In this document: in pieces, positions 37,711 to 49,239 of the stretch
Numbering within the stretch: the stretch's first letter is position 1
How the letters are laid out: each line of letters opens with the position of its first letter
From: Octopus vulgaris
Lineage: Eukaryota
DNA: 64,000 bases
Direction: 5' to 3'
Assembly (NCBI GenBank): GCA_951406725.2
Contig: OX597821.1
Location: 42,098,001 to 42,162,000, forward strand
Notes under the pieces: model-generated
What the model was told of the DNA's origin: nothing
Database searches by the model: none
The model's input: only the letters and a program-made list of their open reading frames with translations
Position numbers and translations under genes: made by a program

Positions 37711-39008
37711 ATTTGGTAGAGGAAAACTGAAAGAAGCCCTTCGTATCTGTGTGTGTGTGTAAATATATAAGTACAACTGTGGCTTTGTGGTAACGAAACT
37801 TGCTTCTCAGCCATGGGGTCTCAGATCAATCCCACTAAATGGCACCTACCAAAGCCTTGTAAGGGGATTTGATAACCAACAAGAAGAGTGTACCCAAAAA
37901 ATGTATACACACTTCAGGAAAGGCTAAATTTGTATGGATATTCAACTTGTATAAGTACCTCAGTAAATATAAATACCTCTTGTGATGTTTTATCAAATTG
38001 TGAAAACACAATCAAATTATTTATACAGATTTTTCCCTTTCTTGAAGTGTGTATAGTTTTTTTGGGTTTTTTTTTGACACTATGGATGGATGGATGGATA
38101 GATAGATTGGTAGACAGACAGACAGATAGATAGATAGATATGTTATAGTTTAATATCCATGTTTCATGCTGACAAGTGAGAAGACTTCACTGATTCCTGT
38201 TGTCTGTTTTGACATGGTTGCCATGGTTAGATGCATTTCTAATGCCAACCACTTCACAGAGTGTAGTGGGTGCCTTTTTATGAGCCACCATCAGCAGTGA
38301 GGTCACCAAGTCACCTGCAAGACAAGACCTCCGTGCCTCAACTGGAAGGGAGGAAGTGATACTGAGGAGGGGTTGTGCCAGGAGATGAGAGATTAGGGTA
38401 CGGCTGGAGGGACAGAAATAGGCGTTTTGCAGTAGAGGAGAAATATATGGCTATCTCAGTTGGAAGGAGAGAGAGGGAGGGAGGGAGAAGGACAGAGAGA
38501 GAGTGAGAAGGGTAGAGAGAGAGATGGTGGAGGTGAAGATGTAATGGATTAGGGGTACCCTCAAGTTACAGGGAGCTGTATACAGGTGATGTGGAACCAA
38601 GCATTGGGTAGGATGAAGGGGTGGGTAAGTTCACAAGACTGCAAAAGGAGAGGGTAGTGAGTGGACACACCTAGGTGGAGCGGGGTGTTAGGAGGGGGAT
38701 ATGTTGTTGAGAAGAGATTCAAGAGAAGCACATTGTGTACGGGTAGGTGTGTGCAAGGGTGTGAAAGGGGTGTGGGAGATAGAGGGGAAAGAAATACAGC
38801 AAGCAGTGAACATGGATGGAGACACTAGGTTGTGAGGGGAAAGGTTTGTCAAGATCGCAGACATAAACAAGAAGCCTTTAGGGCCTCGATTTTAGTTAGG
38901 TGGATGGGTCATCTCAAGCAGATCGCCAATCATCTTAGTTTTTTGTCAACTCCTCTGAGGCTCAACATCTGAAGATAATTCTTCACTACTTCATCTCATA
39001 TCTTCCTT

Positions 39009-39038
<30 letters not shown>

Positions 39039-39041
<3 letters not shown>

Positions 39042-39245
39042 GGTGTCCCAGAAGTTGTGCACCACCCTGGTTTTTTAAAAGAATACACCCTTATTGATTT
39101 CAAGAACACGTTATTGAAATTAATCATAATAAATGCTCAAATTGAGCACCCTCTACAATAAAACATGCCGAAAAAAATAGAAAATAAAATGCTTTAATTA
39201 TTTTAAATGAAAACTAGAATGGTGCGTGACTTCTGGGACACCCTG
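39039..39245. mobile_element. Tc1/mariner-type MITE
   Basis: TIRs AGGGTGTCCCAGAAGTTGTGCACCA / TGGTGCGTGACTTCTGGGACACCCT, within (TA)n flanks. Confidence 0.75.
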
Positions 39246-39249
39246 TGTA

Positions 39250-39294
<45 letters not shown>

Positions 39295-39647
39295 GCATAT
39301 CTGTGTGTTCCCTTGTCTTGTGATGACATGATAGTTGTAAACAAGCATCACCGTTGAATAAGAGGGGTGTACTTCATTTCCAATCTTCCATAAAAACATG
39401 TCCAGCCATGGGAAAATATTACCTTTCTTTGAAACAGACGATGGTTTAGCAACAGGGAGGGTATCTGGACATGGGAAATGTCCCTTAATGAAATTGGTAG
39501 AACAATGACAGTGATCAAAAATTTGAAGCTAAAGTGAATTGAAGAATCTTGTTTCAATGCAGTCCAGGCTCTCTGGGGAAAAAAATGGTCTCTACGAAAA
39601 TTTATTGTAGCTTGTGAAGATTAACATTTGTATGGAATGTCATCACT

Positions 39648-40122
39648 TTAACCCTTTTGATACCAACCTATCTGAGATTGTGCTTGGTTCTATGATACAA
39701 ACTTCCTGAATTTAAAGTTAAAGACCTTTCATGAAAGTTTCAAGTTCACATTCCAAATACCAACTTAACTCTTCTGTTACCATATTTCTGTTGAAATACA
39801 CAATCTTTGCTTCACTTAGTTTTTAAAATAAAGAAGAATCTAAGAAAATACCTTTGTTATTATTCAGCCAGTGTTTGGAACAAAGTACCACAAAATTTTC
39901 ATGGAAGGTTTCAATTCAGATCACTTTAACCCTTTTGTAACCATATAAATACACTGCCTTTATTTCAATTAACTATGAAAATAATGAATTTAATAAAATA
40001 ATTTTGTCGTTATTAAGCTGGTGAAATTTTCATGAAATGTTTTAATTTAGATCATTTTAAAACAGAAAGTTTGTATCTTAGAACCAGGGACAACCTTAAG
40101 CAGGTTGATATCAAAAGGGTCA
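39648..40122. mobile_element. cluster of piggyBac-like MITE pieces
   Basis: TTAACCCTTTTGATACCAACC...GGTTGATATCAAAAGGGTCA with internal partial copies. Related to 27630-28190. Confidence 0.5.
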
Positions 40123-40284
40123 TTTTTACTAAATTCTTCATTATTTTCAAAACAGATTTAAATGAAAGCAGTGTATTTGAAGCAAAATATGGTAATGAAG
40201 GGTCTATATGCTATTTCCAAGCACAAAAGTGTTGTTAAAACTTTTTTATATGTCCATAGGTTATACATATTGGTGCTGTTAAAC

Positions 40285-40536
40285 CAGTGGTTCTCAACCA
40301 TTTTTTACCTGTGGACCCCTCCGATTCCTATTTTACTCAACTGGACCCTCATAGTGATTTGATATTTTAAAAATTCTGTTGTTTTTATAATTACACATTA
40401 TTTGGAATTGTATAAAAAATGTATTTAAATATTTTGTGTATTGAAGAAGCATAAGGAACTTAATGCACCAAAATTTTAATAGCAGATTCTTCTATGGACC
40501 TCCAATGGTGATATGGACCCCAGGTGAGAACCACTG
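40285..40536. mobile_element. hAT/Charlie-type MITE
   Basis: TIRs CAGTGGTTCTCAACC / GGTGAGAACCACTG. 8-bp TSD TGTTAAAC / TGTTAGAC. Confidence 0.85.
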
Positions 40537-40735
40537 TGTTAGACAAAACCAGGACAACTCAAATTCCATAGGTCGATTAGCTCTAAAAATAGGCCCTATC
40601 TTTGGCAAACAACCAAAATTTCTTGCAGAATATTAATCACTTCTTTCTTGAGAAGATAAACTTTAAAAACTGAAATATCAACAAAAAACACTTAAATATT
40701 CAACATGTTGTCCTTTTAAAAAAAAAACATCCAAC

Positions 40736-40741
40736 TTTATT
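40736..40741 (-). terminator. candidate polyadenylation signal of the KLHL21-like gene
   Basis: AATAAA on the minus strand, followed by U/GU-rich sequence, about 1.43 kb past the stop. Alternatives exist (e.g. near 41006). Confidence 0.35.
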
Positions 40742-41002
40742 CGCTGTGAGTTCAAAAATTGTTACATTAAAAAAAATTGTTATTCAAATCAAATTTCACT
40801 TTTTTGATTTTTTAGTGTAAAATTTAATACAATTTATATTTTGTAAGGCCACAGCACAATTGCTGAGACCATGAAAAGAGTGTGTATGTTCATGAATATA
40901 TACACACACACACACACATATATATATATACATATATATACACACATATTTATGTATATTTATATATGTGTGTGTGTGTGTGAGAGTGTGCATGTGTATA
41001 TA

Positions 41003-41035
<33 letters not shown>

Positions 41036-41529
41036 CATACAGACACACACACACAAACATGTATTTTTTTATGCATGTATATTGGGCAAAAAAGGAATAG
41101 AATTTTTTTTCTTTTAAATAGAATTTAAAGGAATACAGACTGTTTTAATAAACCATTCAGAATTCAAAATTATTGAAGGAAAATGTCACAGAAGTTTCAC
41201 ATTAAATTATAAGAGAAATATAAACATATATATATTATATTATATATATATATATATATATACACTGGAGTTTAAAAATCAGAAATCAAACAGGTACTGA
41301 AATTAAATAAATTATAAGAAGAAATATAACAGAGCACAACAAAAAAATATTTGATAAAATAAGCATATTGAGAATAAATAAAGAAACATTATGTTTAGCA
41401 TATATGTCTGTGTGTCTGTGTGATAATTTACACAGTAAATGCAACTATGTCAAAGACTGACCCCAACAAAGACAGTCACTGCAATTATATCACAGATATG
41501 GTCCCATGAACACAGTCAAAGCAGGCATG

Positions 41530-42190
41530 TTGCAGACCTAATCACAAGAAGTCAGTCCATGCTATAGGTCGGAGTAACATGTTAGCATGTGAGACTGTCA
41601 TGTAAGCACACATAGCACGTTTGCTGAGCTTCTTTGGAGACTTCAACATGTGTAGATTGGCAAGCAAAGTGTGCTGCACATCTAAGTCACACACAGATTG
41701 TCAAGCAAGTATGGAAGGATCTAATTAGTTATGTGTGGACTGTCAAGCATGGAAGGATCTAATTAGTTGTGTGGACTGTCAAGCAATGATGAAGGGGCCT
41801 AGTCACATGTGGTGTGTCCAGCAACAGAGGAAATGACCTTGTCACAAGTGAACTGTGTGATGTTTAGATGAAGGGACCTAGTTAACATGTGGACTGTCAA
41901 GCGATGGGGAGTGGAAGAAAATCTAGATGTGGGTTAGTCTGTTAAGCTAGAACACTCGGATACATGTATGAAGCAAAGAAGAATAAACCCAGTCACAGGT
42001 GAAGAGTTAGTCCTGTGGTAGCCTAGTTACAGAGAGTCTGCAAACCTAGGACAAGATCTATTGAGACTGTCAAGCAGGGATGGAGAATTGGTCACAAATG
42101 GATTGTCAAGCAGGAACAAGAGGGACCTAGTCAAATAGGGATTGTAAAAACGAGAATGAATGAATTTAGTCATATGTGAACTGTTAGACA
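41530..42190 (-). repeat. degenerate ~39-nt tandem array matching the gene's terminal codons and stop (about 12+ units)
   Basis: Minus-strand consensus TGCTTGACAGTCCACATGTGACTAGGTCCCTTCATC versus the CDS end TGT CTA ACA GTT CAC ATA TGA CTA AAT. Confidence 0.85.
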
Positions 42191-43939
42191 GGCATGTGAC
42201 GACCTCGCTTGGCTCATGCTCGTCTCTTCGGTCCATTCATTTGTCGAAGGATCGTAACATTCCACACACTGTGATGGCACCGAATTCTCTACATCATGTA
42301 AACCACCAGCAATGTAAATTTTACCTCTTAATATACTAGCACCACTGTTAACATGAACATGTGGGACATCAGGTAAGTTACGGAATGTTCGTTTCTCAGG
42401 GTCAAGGGTGAGCACTTTGCGGCTATCTTCCCATATAATATAAAATACGTTGTCTAGCACTAAAATCTGAGCATATCGTATAGAATTTGGCAGCACATAT
42501 TGCTCTCCGCTAGGATTAAGTGAAGCACCATTACAAACATAGGTTTCTATTGTATTCACACACTGGCCACCTTGCAGGCCACCAACCTCTAGAATAATGT
42601 CTTCATATGGTACTATTCTGGCCAATGTCCTTGGAAAGCGGCTTTGACCAACTTCCTCCCAAGTATTGGAAATAGCATCATAACGTTCAATAGGCTTTAA
42701 GTCTTTTATATCATGTTCTTCTCCATAGCCAACACCACCAATCACATAGACACAATTGTTCACGGAAGTAGAAGCATGACGTGCACGAGGTTGGGGCATT
42801 GCTTTCACACTCTTCCACTCTAATTTAATACAATCAAAATGCCACACATTGTCCACGATATGACCATCGTGTATTCCTCCAGTTACAATGAGTCCAGTGG
42901 TTAACATAGCAACACTATACTGAGAAAGAGATTGAGGAATATCAGGGAGACTAGTCCAACGATCTTTCTGAACATCATACATTTCCACAGACTGAGTTAT
43001 ATAACTGTTCAATCCACCAACAACCACCAAAACCTCTTTGGCAACAGTAGATGGTCTTGGGTGAACATTATTGTTTTGCATGCTACGACGACGCTTACCT
43101 TGTTGATTCGAGACAGACTCATGTTGAATTTGAGCCTCACGAACCATATTCAGGCAATCGCTTTGATTAGAAATTACCGGGTCACTTTCAATTTCTTGCA
43201 GGTAGCCGAGATCCACAATTGGAAGACGAACTTGTTGTAGAAGGCATGTAAGATGTTGTTTTCTCTCATCAAGGTCATACTTTACCCAACGCATCACAGC
43301 ATCATAAACCACCTCTTCTTTGCGTACATCAATCAGGTCACTAGACGTGTAAGTCAGTAATCGATCTATTGACAAGTCCAAAAATTCATCACTCTTGACA
43401 ACCATGCTAAAGTTTTCCAGTGCAAACTTATGCGCATCGTTCTGCAGATCATGACATGAGTGAACCTGAGCATATTGCTCAATACCCAGACAATTATTGT
43501 GGTCAAGCTGACGGCGAAGAAACTCACAACAAGCACTAACTATGTCGGGATATTCAAACAGACTGCCTGCTGCTAAGAGCTGAAGGGCATTTTCGGCGTT
43601 GATAGCAATCCGTCCACTATAGGCATATTCAATGACACGTTTTAAAGTCCAAGGAGACACTTCACTAATGCAGATCCTAGATTCATGGCTTTCTCGTAAG
43701 TCACTGGTAAACATAGCTTTAAAATAAGGACTGCTAACAGCCAGCACATTTCGGTGGCAAGGAAATTCTTCGTGTTGCACGCACAGAATGGCATCGGTAA
43801 ACGTCGCTTCAATACGCAACGAATCAAGTCTTTTAACAAGATCCAATGTATAATTAGGGTTTTGAAGCAGGTACTGTTGATCTGAAGATAAGTCTGGGCT
43901 ATTCATTGTACTCATGGCTCTGTACATGAGTTGGAACAT
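42170..43939 (-). CDS. KLHL21: Kelch-like protein (BTB-BACK-Kelch, Cullin3 E3 adaptor), KLHL21-like, intronless CDS, 589 aa
   Basis: BTB FPCHRNVLAVSSPYFKAMFTSDLRES, BACK EEVVYDAVMRWVKYD, GG-containing kelch repeats. PRPSTVAKEVLVVVGG and FYIIWEDSRKV...HVHVNSGASILRGKIYIAGG resemble vertebrate KLHL21 (PRPSTGLAEILVLVGG; YFVRDDSAEV...QVHVGGSLAVLGGKLYVSGG, recalled). The family is certain; orthology is probable. Confidence 0.93.
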   Translation of the reverse strand: MFQLMYRAMSTMNSPDLSSDQQYLLQNPNYTLDLVKRLDSLRIEATFTDAILCVQHEEFPCHRNVLAVSSPYFKAMFTSDLRESHESRICISEVSPWTLKRVIEYAYSGRIAINAENALQLLAAGSLFEYPDIVSACCEFLRRQLDHNNCLGIEQYAQVHSCHDLQNDAHKFALENFSMVVKSDEFLDLSIDRLLTYTSSDLIDVRKEEVVYDAVMRWVKYDLDERKQHLTCLLQQVRLPIVDLGYLQEIESDPVISNQSDCLNMVREAQIQHESVSNQQGKRRRSMQNNNVHPRPSTVAKEVLVVVGGLNSYITQSVEMYDVQKDRWTSLPDIPQSLSQYSVAMLTTGLIVTGGIHDGHIVDNVWHFDCIKLEWKSVKAMPQPRARHASTSVNNCVYVIGGVGYGEEHDIKDLKPIERYDAISNTWEEVGQSRFPRTLARIVPYEDIILEVGGLQGGQCVNTIETYVCNGASLNPSGEQYVLPNSIRYAQILVLDNVFYIIWEDSRKVLTLDPEKRTFRNLPDVPHVHVNSGASILRGKIYIAGGLHDVENSVPSQCVECYDPSTNEWTEETSMSQARSSHACLTVHI

Positions 43940-45825
43940 CAGTAGTCTTTGAAAAGTTAATTATCACAACAAAGCTGTTAAAACAATTGTCACAGCATTG
44001 AAATAGTTAAAAGAGCAAAAAGGTGCGCCTGTAAGAGCAGCGGTACTTTGCAGTGACTGGAACTTCATACAGCGGAGGTAACAAGTTGCTACTTCCTGAA
44101 AACACGTGTGGATGGTCTCCAATCAGCCTTTTCAGTTCATAGTTTTATGATTTTAAATAAACAGTAAATGGAAATGGCTACAAAAGTTGTTTTATCTTCC
44201 TTTCTTTCTTTTTTTAATATAACTTGTTGGTTTACATTTAATAAAATTAGAGAAAGGAAATATCTTTCATATTTCAAATGAAGTCAGGTGTCGATCGCCA
44301 TCAAGTTGAAATTGGTTTCGAAGTTAAACAAAATGAAAATTCACTGAGTTTAAAGTTGATAAAATAAAATGTAAATTGAATTTAAAGTCAAAAGTTTACA
44401 TGTTTTGTAAGGAAATGAAGATAAGTAAGTGGTCGTTTTCTTTAGATGTCTTTTTTTTTTTAACAATTATGGAAACCAGATAAAAAAAAAAGAAGAGTTG
44501 AGTTCGAAAGGGAGAAAAAGTCAATCAGAGATTAAGACGGTGACTTGAGGGGATTGTTGAGATTTTGCGTTCGAGGAAGGAACGAATTGTACCCGTAATT
44601 AACAGCTTCTTGGATGGCTGGAGGCAAAAATAGGAATTGACACGGAAATATATAATATTGATATATATATATATATATATATATAGTGGGGGGGGGCAGT
44701 AATGACAAACTAACAAGTTGCAATCACGTTACTAACCTGTAATTTCTGCCAGTAATGACACAACCACCAGAAAAGGTCACGTCTATAATTCCAAGATATA
44801 CTCGATGCTCTACACACACCAAAAAAAAAAAAAAAAAAAGGGGGATTCGCACTTCAGTCTTTGCAAAACAACAATATCAAGAAATTAAAATTATCCAAAT
44901 TTTTTTCCCCACTCTTCTTTAAAGTTTTCACTTCTTTTAAATATTGCTTTTGTTATTTTTGTGTGTGTGTATGTGTGTGATAGCAGCGGCGGCTTTGTTG
45001 TATATTTATTTTCACCCGCAGGTTATTTTCGATCCTTTCAGCTAAGAGGACGATTTACTCCGCCCTTAAATTTGGGTCCAATTCACTTGCAGATATATAT
45101 ATTACTGAAGTAGAGTATTTTCTGGAGGGTATAATTCCTCAATACATCACTTATGCATATATATTATCAACGTAGGTGCGTATTTCAGCTGTCATTTAAT
45201 TAAAGATTAATTGTAAAAGCTTTCGATATAAATATGAAATTTAACAACGTTTATGCTGTTTTCCGCTAAAAGAAAAAGATAAATGTAGAGAAAAGTAATT
45301 TCATTTGGCCCCGATATACAGAATATTCATTTTTCCGTAGCTGAAGGTGACGAACAGTTCATAAAGGTTTAATAAACTTGATGGTTTCAATAATTCAAAC
45401 AAATAATAAGAAATATGCAATTTGGTTTTTCGTTTTGTGTTGTTTTTCCTTCGAAACAAATTTCCAGGGAGTTTAGTGTGACCCCTATTCAAAGATTGCA
45501 GGGAGAGAGAGTGAAGTGCGTGCCGTAGCTATTGCACCTATAGTAGTCGCTGTTGGTTGTATGCTTCGGTACAGGCAACAAATACAGGAATTATTTGCGT
45601 GAAGCGGATGCCGCCTCGATTATTATTATTCCACAGGCTTCAGGTTCGGGTACAGCCAATGCACAAGTATCTTTCTATCACAAAAGCAATTCAAATTAAA
45701 GACAGCGGGCTGCAGAGTATGACCGACCGGGAATCAAATTTGCAGCCCTGACAAGAAGCAGAAATGTTGTGAACAGCCTCCGTTCGTTAATATCATAGTA
45801 GTTGCGACAGTTTTAGCGGCGCCTG

Positions 45826-46305
45826 CTTTATAACAACGATGTCTGTGATGATATTGTACATAACACTACCAACCACTGTATTCTTATTTGCTGCAATTGT
45901 AATCCAAGATGAATTAAAACGAGAAAATTGAGTGCACGCCTTCCTGAATGCAGCTTCGGCAGCCATATTTAACAGCCGGGCCTGTTCACGTGTGTGCAGC
46001 GGTGTGGAGATGTGTTCCTATTGTTACTCAGGCTACAACACCACAATAATTCCAGCTTCAACGTACACATTCTACATACAGTCGCTGAAGCACACGTAAG
46101 CAGATTGTTCACATATAACCACACGTGAATGTCTCCCTCTCTTTCTCTGGCACGTACACATAAAGGACACACGTGAAAAGGCTGTACGATGTAAACACAG
46201 GCACACACATGGATATACACCGGTGTCCATCATTGACGTCATAGCTACGTAAGTAGGGATTCCCTCCTGGGTGGAGGCAGAAGCAACTGTTGCAAACGTG
46301 AGTCA
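45826..46305 (-). promoter_or_regulatory. putative promoter/enhancer of the KLHL21-like gene: TATA plus E-box/HRE/CRE/AP-1 cluster
   Basis: TATAAAG (minus) at 45826-45832; CACGTG at 45987, 46122, 46170; TACGTG (minus) at 46093, 46151; TGACGTCA at 46234; TGAGTCA at 46299. CpG is retained and the segment is TE-free. Confidence 0.6.
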
Positions 46306-46639
46306 ATTTCGCTAAATGCGAATCTATGGAAGAATAGTTAGAACATATTTGAATAGCAACAGTTAATTTTTATTTATTTATTTATTTATTTATAAATTTT
46401 GGGAGTTAATTGGTTGAGTTGTAATTATTGGAAGAATGCTACCGAGTTCGAAGAGTGCGGAAGAGATGTTGTGACTTTCATGCTTTTCCAAAGGTATTAA
46501 ACAACGGGGGGGGGGGGGTGAAAACAGGTAAATGCAACTGCATTGAAATTAGTGCAATAGTTTCTACGCTATGTACGTTGCGTGCTCCAGCATGACCACA
46601 ACCGCATGGCTGAAACGAGTAAAAGAATAAAAGAATATA

Positions 46640-47370
46640 CGCAAACATACATAAATACATACATTCGTACGTATATACATACACGCAAATATACATACAT
46701 GCACACAAATACATAAGTACGTATATACATATATATGCATGCATGTACAGGCATGCATACACACACACATAAATGCTTCCACATTTATATGCATGCACAT
46801 GTACAAGAATACATGCATGCGTGCATGTATGCACACGTACATTCATATACTCGCAGATACATGCACACATACATATGTACGTGCGTACATAAATATTCGT
46901 ACGTGCGCACATACATATATACATACATACATACATATATGCACACATACATGCATACACACATACATACGTACACATATACATACGCACACATATACAT
47001 ACATACATACATACATACAGACAAATACATACTTGCAAATACATACATATACACATACATAGGCACATGTACATACATACATATATATGCACACATACAT
47101 ACATGCATACCATACATACGCACACATACATTCACGCGTACGTATATGCATATCATACATACATATATAAGTAAACATACATACACATACATACATACAT
47201 ACATACATACATACATACATACATACATACATACATACATACATACATACATACAAGCATACATGCATGTATGCACACGCTATATATATGATTAAATATA
47301 CGTATAGGTAAGCGTGTGTGTGTTCGCGCGTGAGCGCGTGTGTGTATGCATGTGTGTGTGTGTATGTGTT
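46640..47370. repeat. degenerate (TACA)n/(CA)n microsatellite field
   Basis: Alternating purine-pyrimidine tract. It is the source of many spurious ORFs. Confidence 0.9.
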
Positions 47371-47499
47371 GTAAGAAATACGACTCTGCGTCAGAACCAT
47401 GGAGAGAAAGCTTTATATTTAAGACGAGGCTGTTTTACACCCCTCCCCCCAAGCAATAATTAAGACCAAAACCGTCGTAATTATTATTATTATTTATAA

Positions 47500-49050
47500 C
47501 CAAAGATCACAGAATGACCACCACAGTCTTCATTTTTTTCAAAAGTGCTTTACATATCTCCTTTTTTCCGCATGTAAAGTTTTTAATGGTGTCTCTGAAA
47601 ATCAATATTTCGGTCGATTCAACGCTGAGCCAAGCTAAGCCCGCCACAAAAAACATCATGTGACATGTTTTTTCTGAGATAGTTTTTTTTTTTTTCTTAT
47701 CATTTTAAGCTTACTAAAATAAACATTCTACAGAAACCACTGTTGCAGGTATCGGGAGGAAAATTTGAAGCGATAGGGCTCATGCGTTTAGAACGGTCAT
47801 TTCCAATGTATTTATAAATCTTGATGGGTAAACCCATGGGTTTGAGTCAGAGACCCTTAAAGTAGCCACGGTGTACAATAGTCTTCATTTCGATTAATTA
47901 ATTTTAAAAGTTGGTTTTTTTTGCTTTCATTTTTCTTTCTTTCTTTCTTTTTTGCCATTAACATCAATGTTGTAAATGTCTGCAAATGACAGGAATTCTG
48001 TGCTTAAAAGATTTCTCGATATAGACACGTATTACCAGAGGAATGGAAACACCAGGAATGTTGTTTGCAGCTTGAAATCTCGGTTAGTCCAACAATGATG
48101 GAATCGACAATGACAGAAACAGATGTCCAAAATAATGACTCTGTGATTCTCTTGGAATCCTTTGTCTCGCTCTCATCACATGACTGGTTTTCATTAAAAT
48201 ATATAAATATATATATATTTCGCTTTCTTTCTCTTTTTCTAGTCAAAGTGAAATTTTTCAGTTTTTAGACTTTTATCAACGTATTTCGATTTGGCCAACA
48301 GAATATCAATCAAATTGACCTCGCAGATCCTGCAATTGCTTTTTAGGCATTCCAACGCTGCCTCCTTCAGAAATAACAGTAACATCTCTCGCCTCTATAA
48401 TATCATAATTTAAACAAGGGAAACGACTCAAAGAGGCCAATGGCATGTGTTTGAAGAACATAGACAAATACAGGTATATCGAATACTGTACAATACAATT
48501 TTTTTATTTATCAAAATTATCTCCGCCTCGTGAAGATGTATCATACTTACCAAATTGTAATTGAAACTAGCTCTATATAAGAAGGGGAGAAGGCGGCGAG
48601 CTGGCAGAAACGTTAGCACGCCGGGCGAAATGCTTAGCAGTATTTCGTCTGCTGTTACGTTCTGAGTTCAAATTCCGCCGAGGTCGACTTTCCCTTTCAT
48701 CCTTTCGAGGTCAATAAATAAAGTACCAGTTTCGCACTGGGGTCGATGTAATCGACTTAATCCCTTTGTCTTTGTTTGTCCCCTCTGTGTTTAGCCCCTT
48801 GTGAGCAATAAAGAAATATATATAAGAAGGGGAGATAATCTCGAGAATCCAGTGTTCTCCAAAGCTGACAAAGGAAAAGGAGACAGGCTTATTGTCTGGA
48901 GATAAGAGGACAGTCATGGACACGTATCTCTGGTTCAATACCCGCCATTATCACGTCCATTGCGCAACCCTATCTCCAGTAGCCAAGGGCCTCAGATTGA
49001 TACAAAAAGGACTTGAATACATTCATGACCGAGGTAATTTGGATAATTTA
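47500..49050 (-). mobile_element. degraded hAT (ZMYM1-like) transposase remnant, interrupted by a family B SINE
   Basis: Manual translation gives KKQLQDLRGQFD, TRKRERK..FNENQSCDE..VIVDSIIVGLTE and ALSLQIFLPIPATVVSVECLF/SKLKMI..NYLRKNMS. The last matches the hAT dimerisation domain (IALRIFLTIPVTVASAERSFSKLKLIKNYLRSTMS). Confidence 0.7.
48590..48815 (+). mobile_element. Meta-type SINE (family B), young copy
   Basis: GGCGGCGAGCTGGCAGAAACGTTAGCACGCCGGGCG... with CpGs intact. TATATAAGAAGGGGAGA appears on both sides as a TSD-like duplication. Confidence 0.88.
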
Positions 49051-49239
49051 AACGGAAGTTAGTTAAAGGAAATGACTCAGGGTGGCCAGTGGCTGGCATT
49101 ATGAGAACGTAAATGGATGACAGGAGTGTGAATCTGAAGGAGGCTCTCTATTTGGTTGCTCCTGTTTCTTGGTCTCTAGTCTTCGGCGTCAGATTAAGTT
49201 TTATATCATGCTGCAAGTCAGTTTCATGCCGTTCAGATT

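Noticed and set aside
42932-43240. antisense ORF inside KLHL21
   Set aside because: A shadow of the real coding frame, with no independent evidence.
46478-47400. overlapping 100-217-aa ORFs rich in Y/I/H/T/C/V/M
   Set aside because: Translations of (TACA)n/(CA)n microsatellites. The same applies near 16 kb, 29.4 kb and 31.7 kb.
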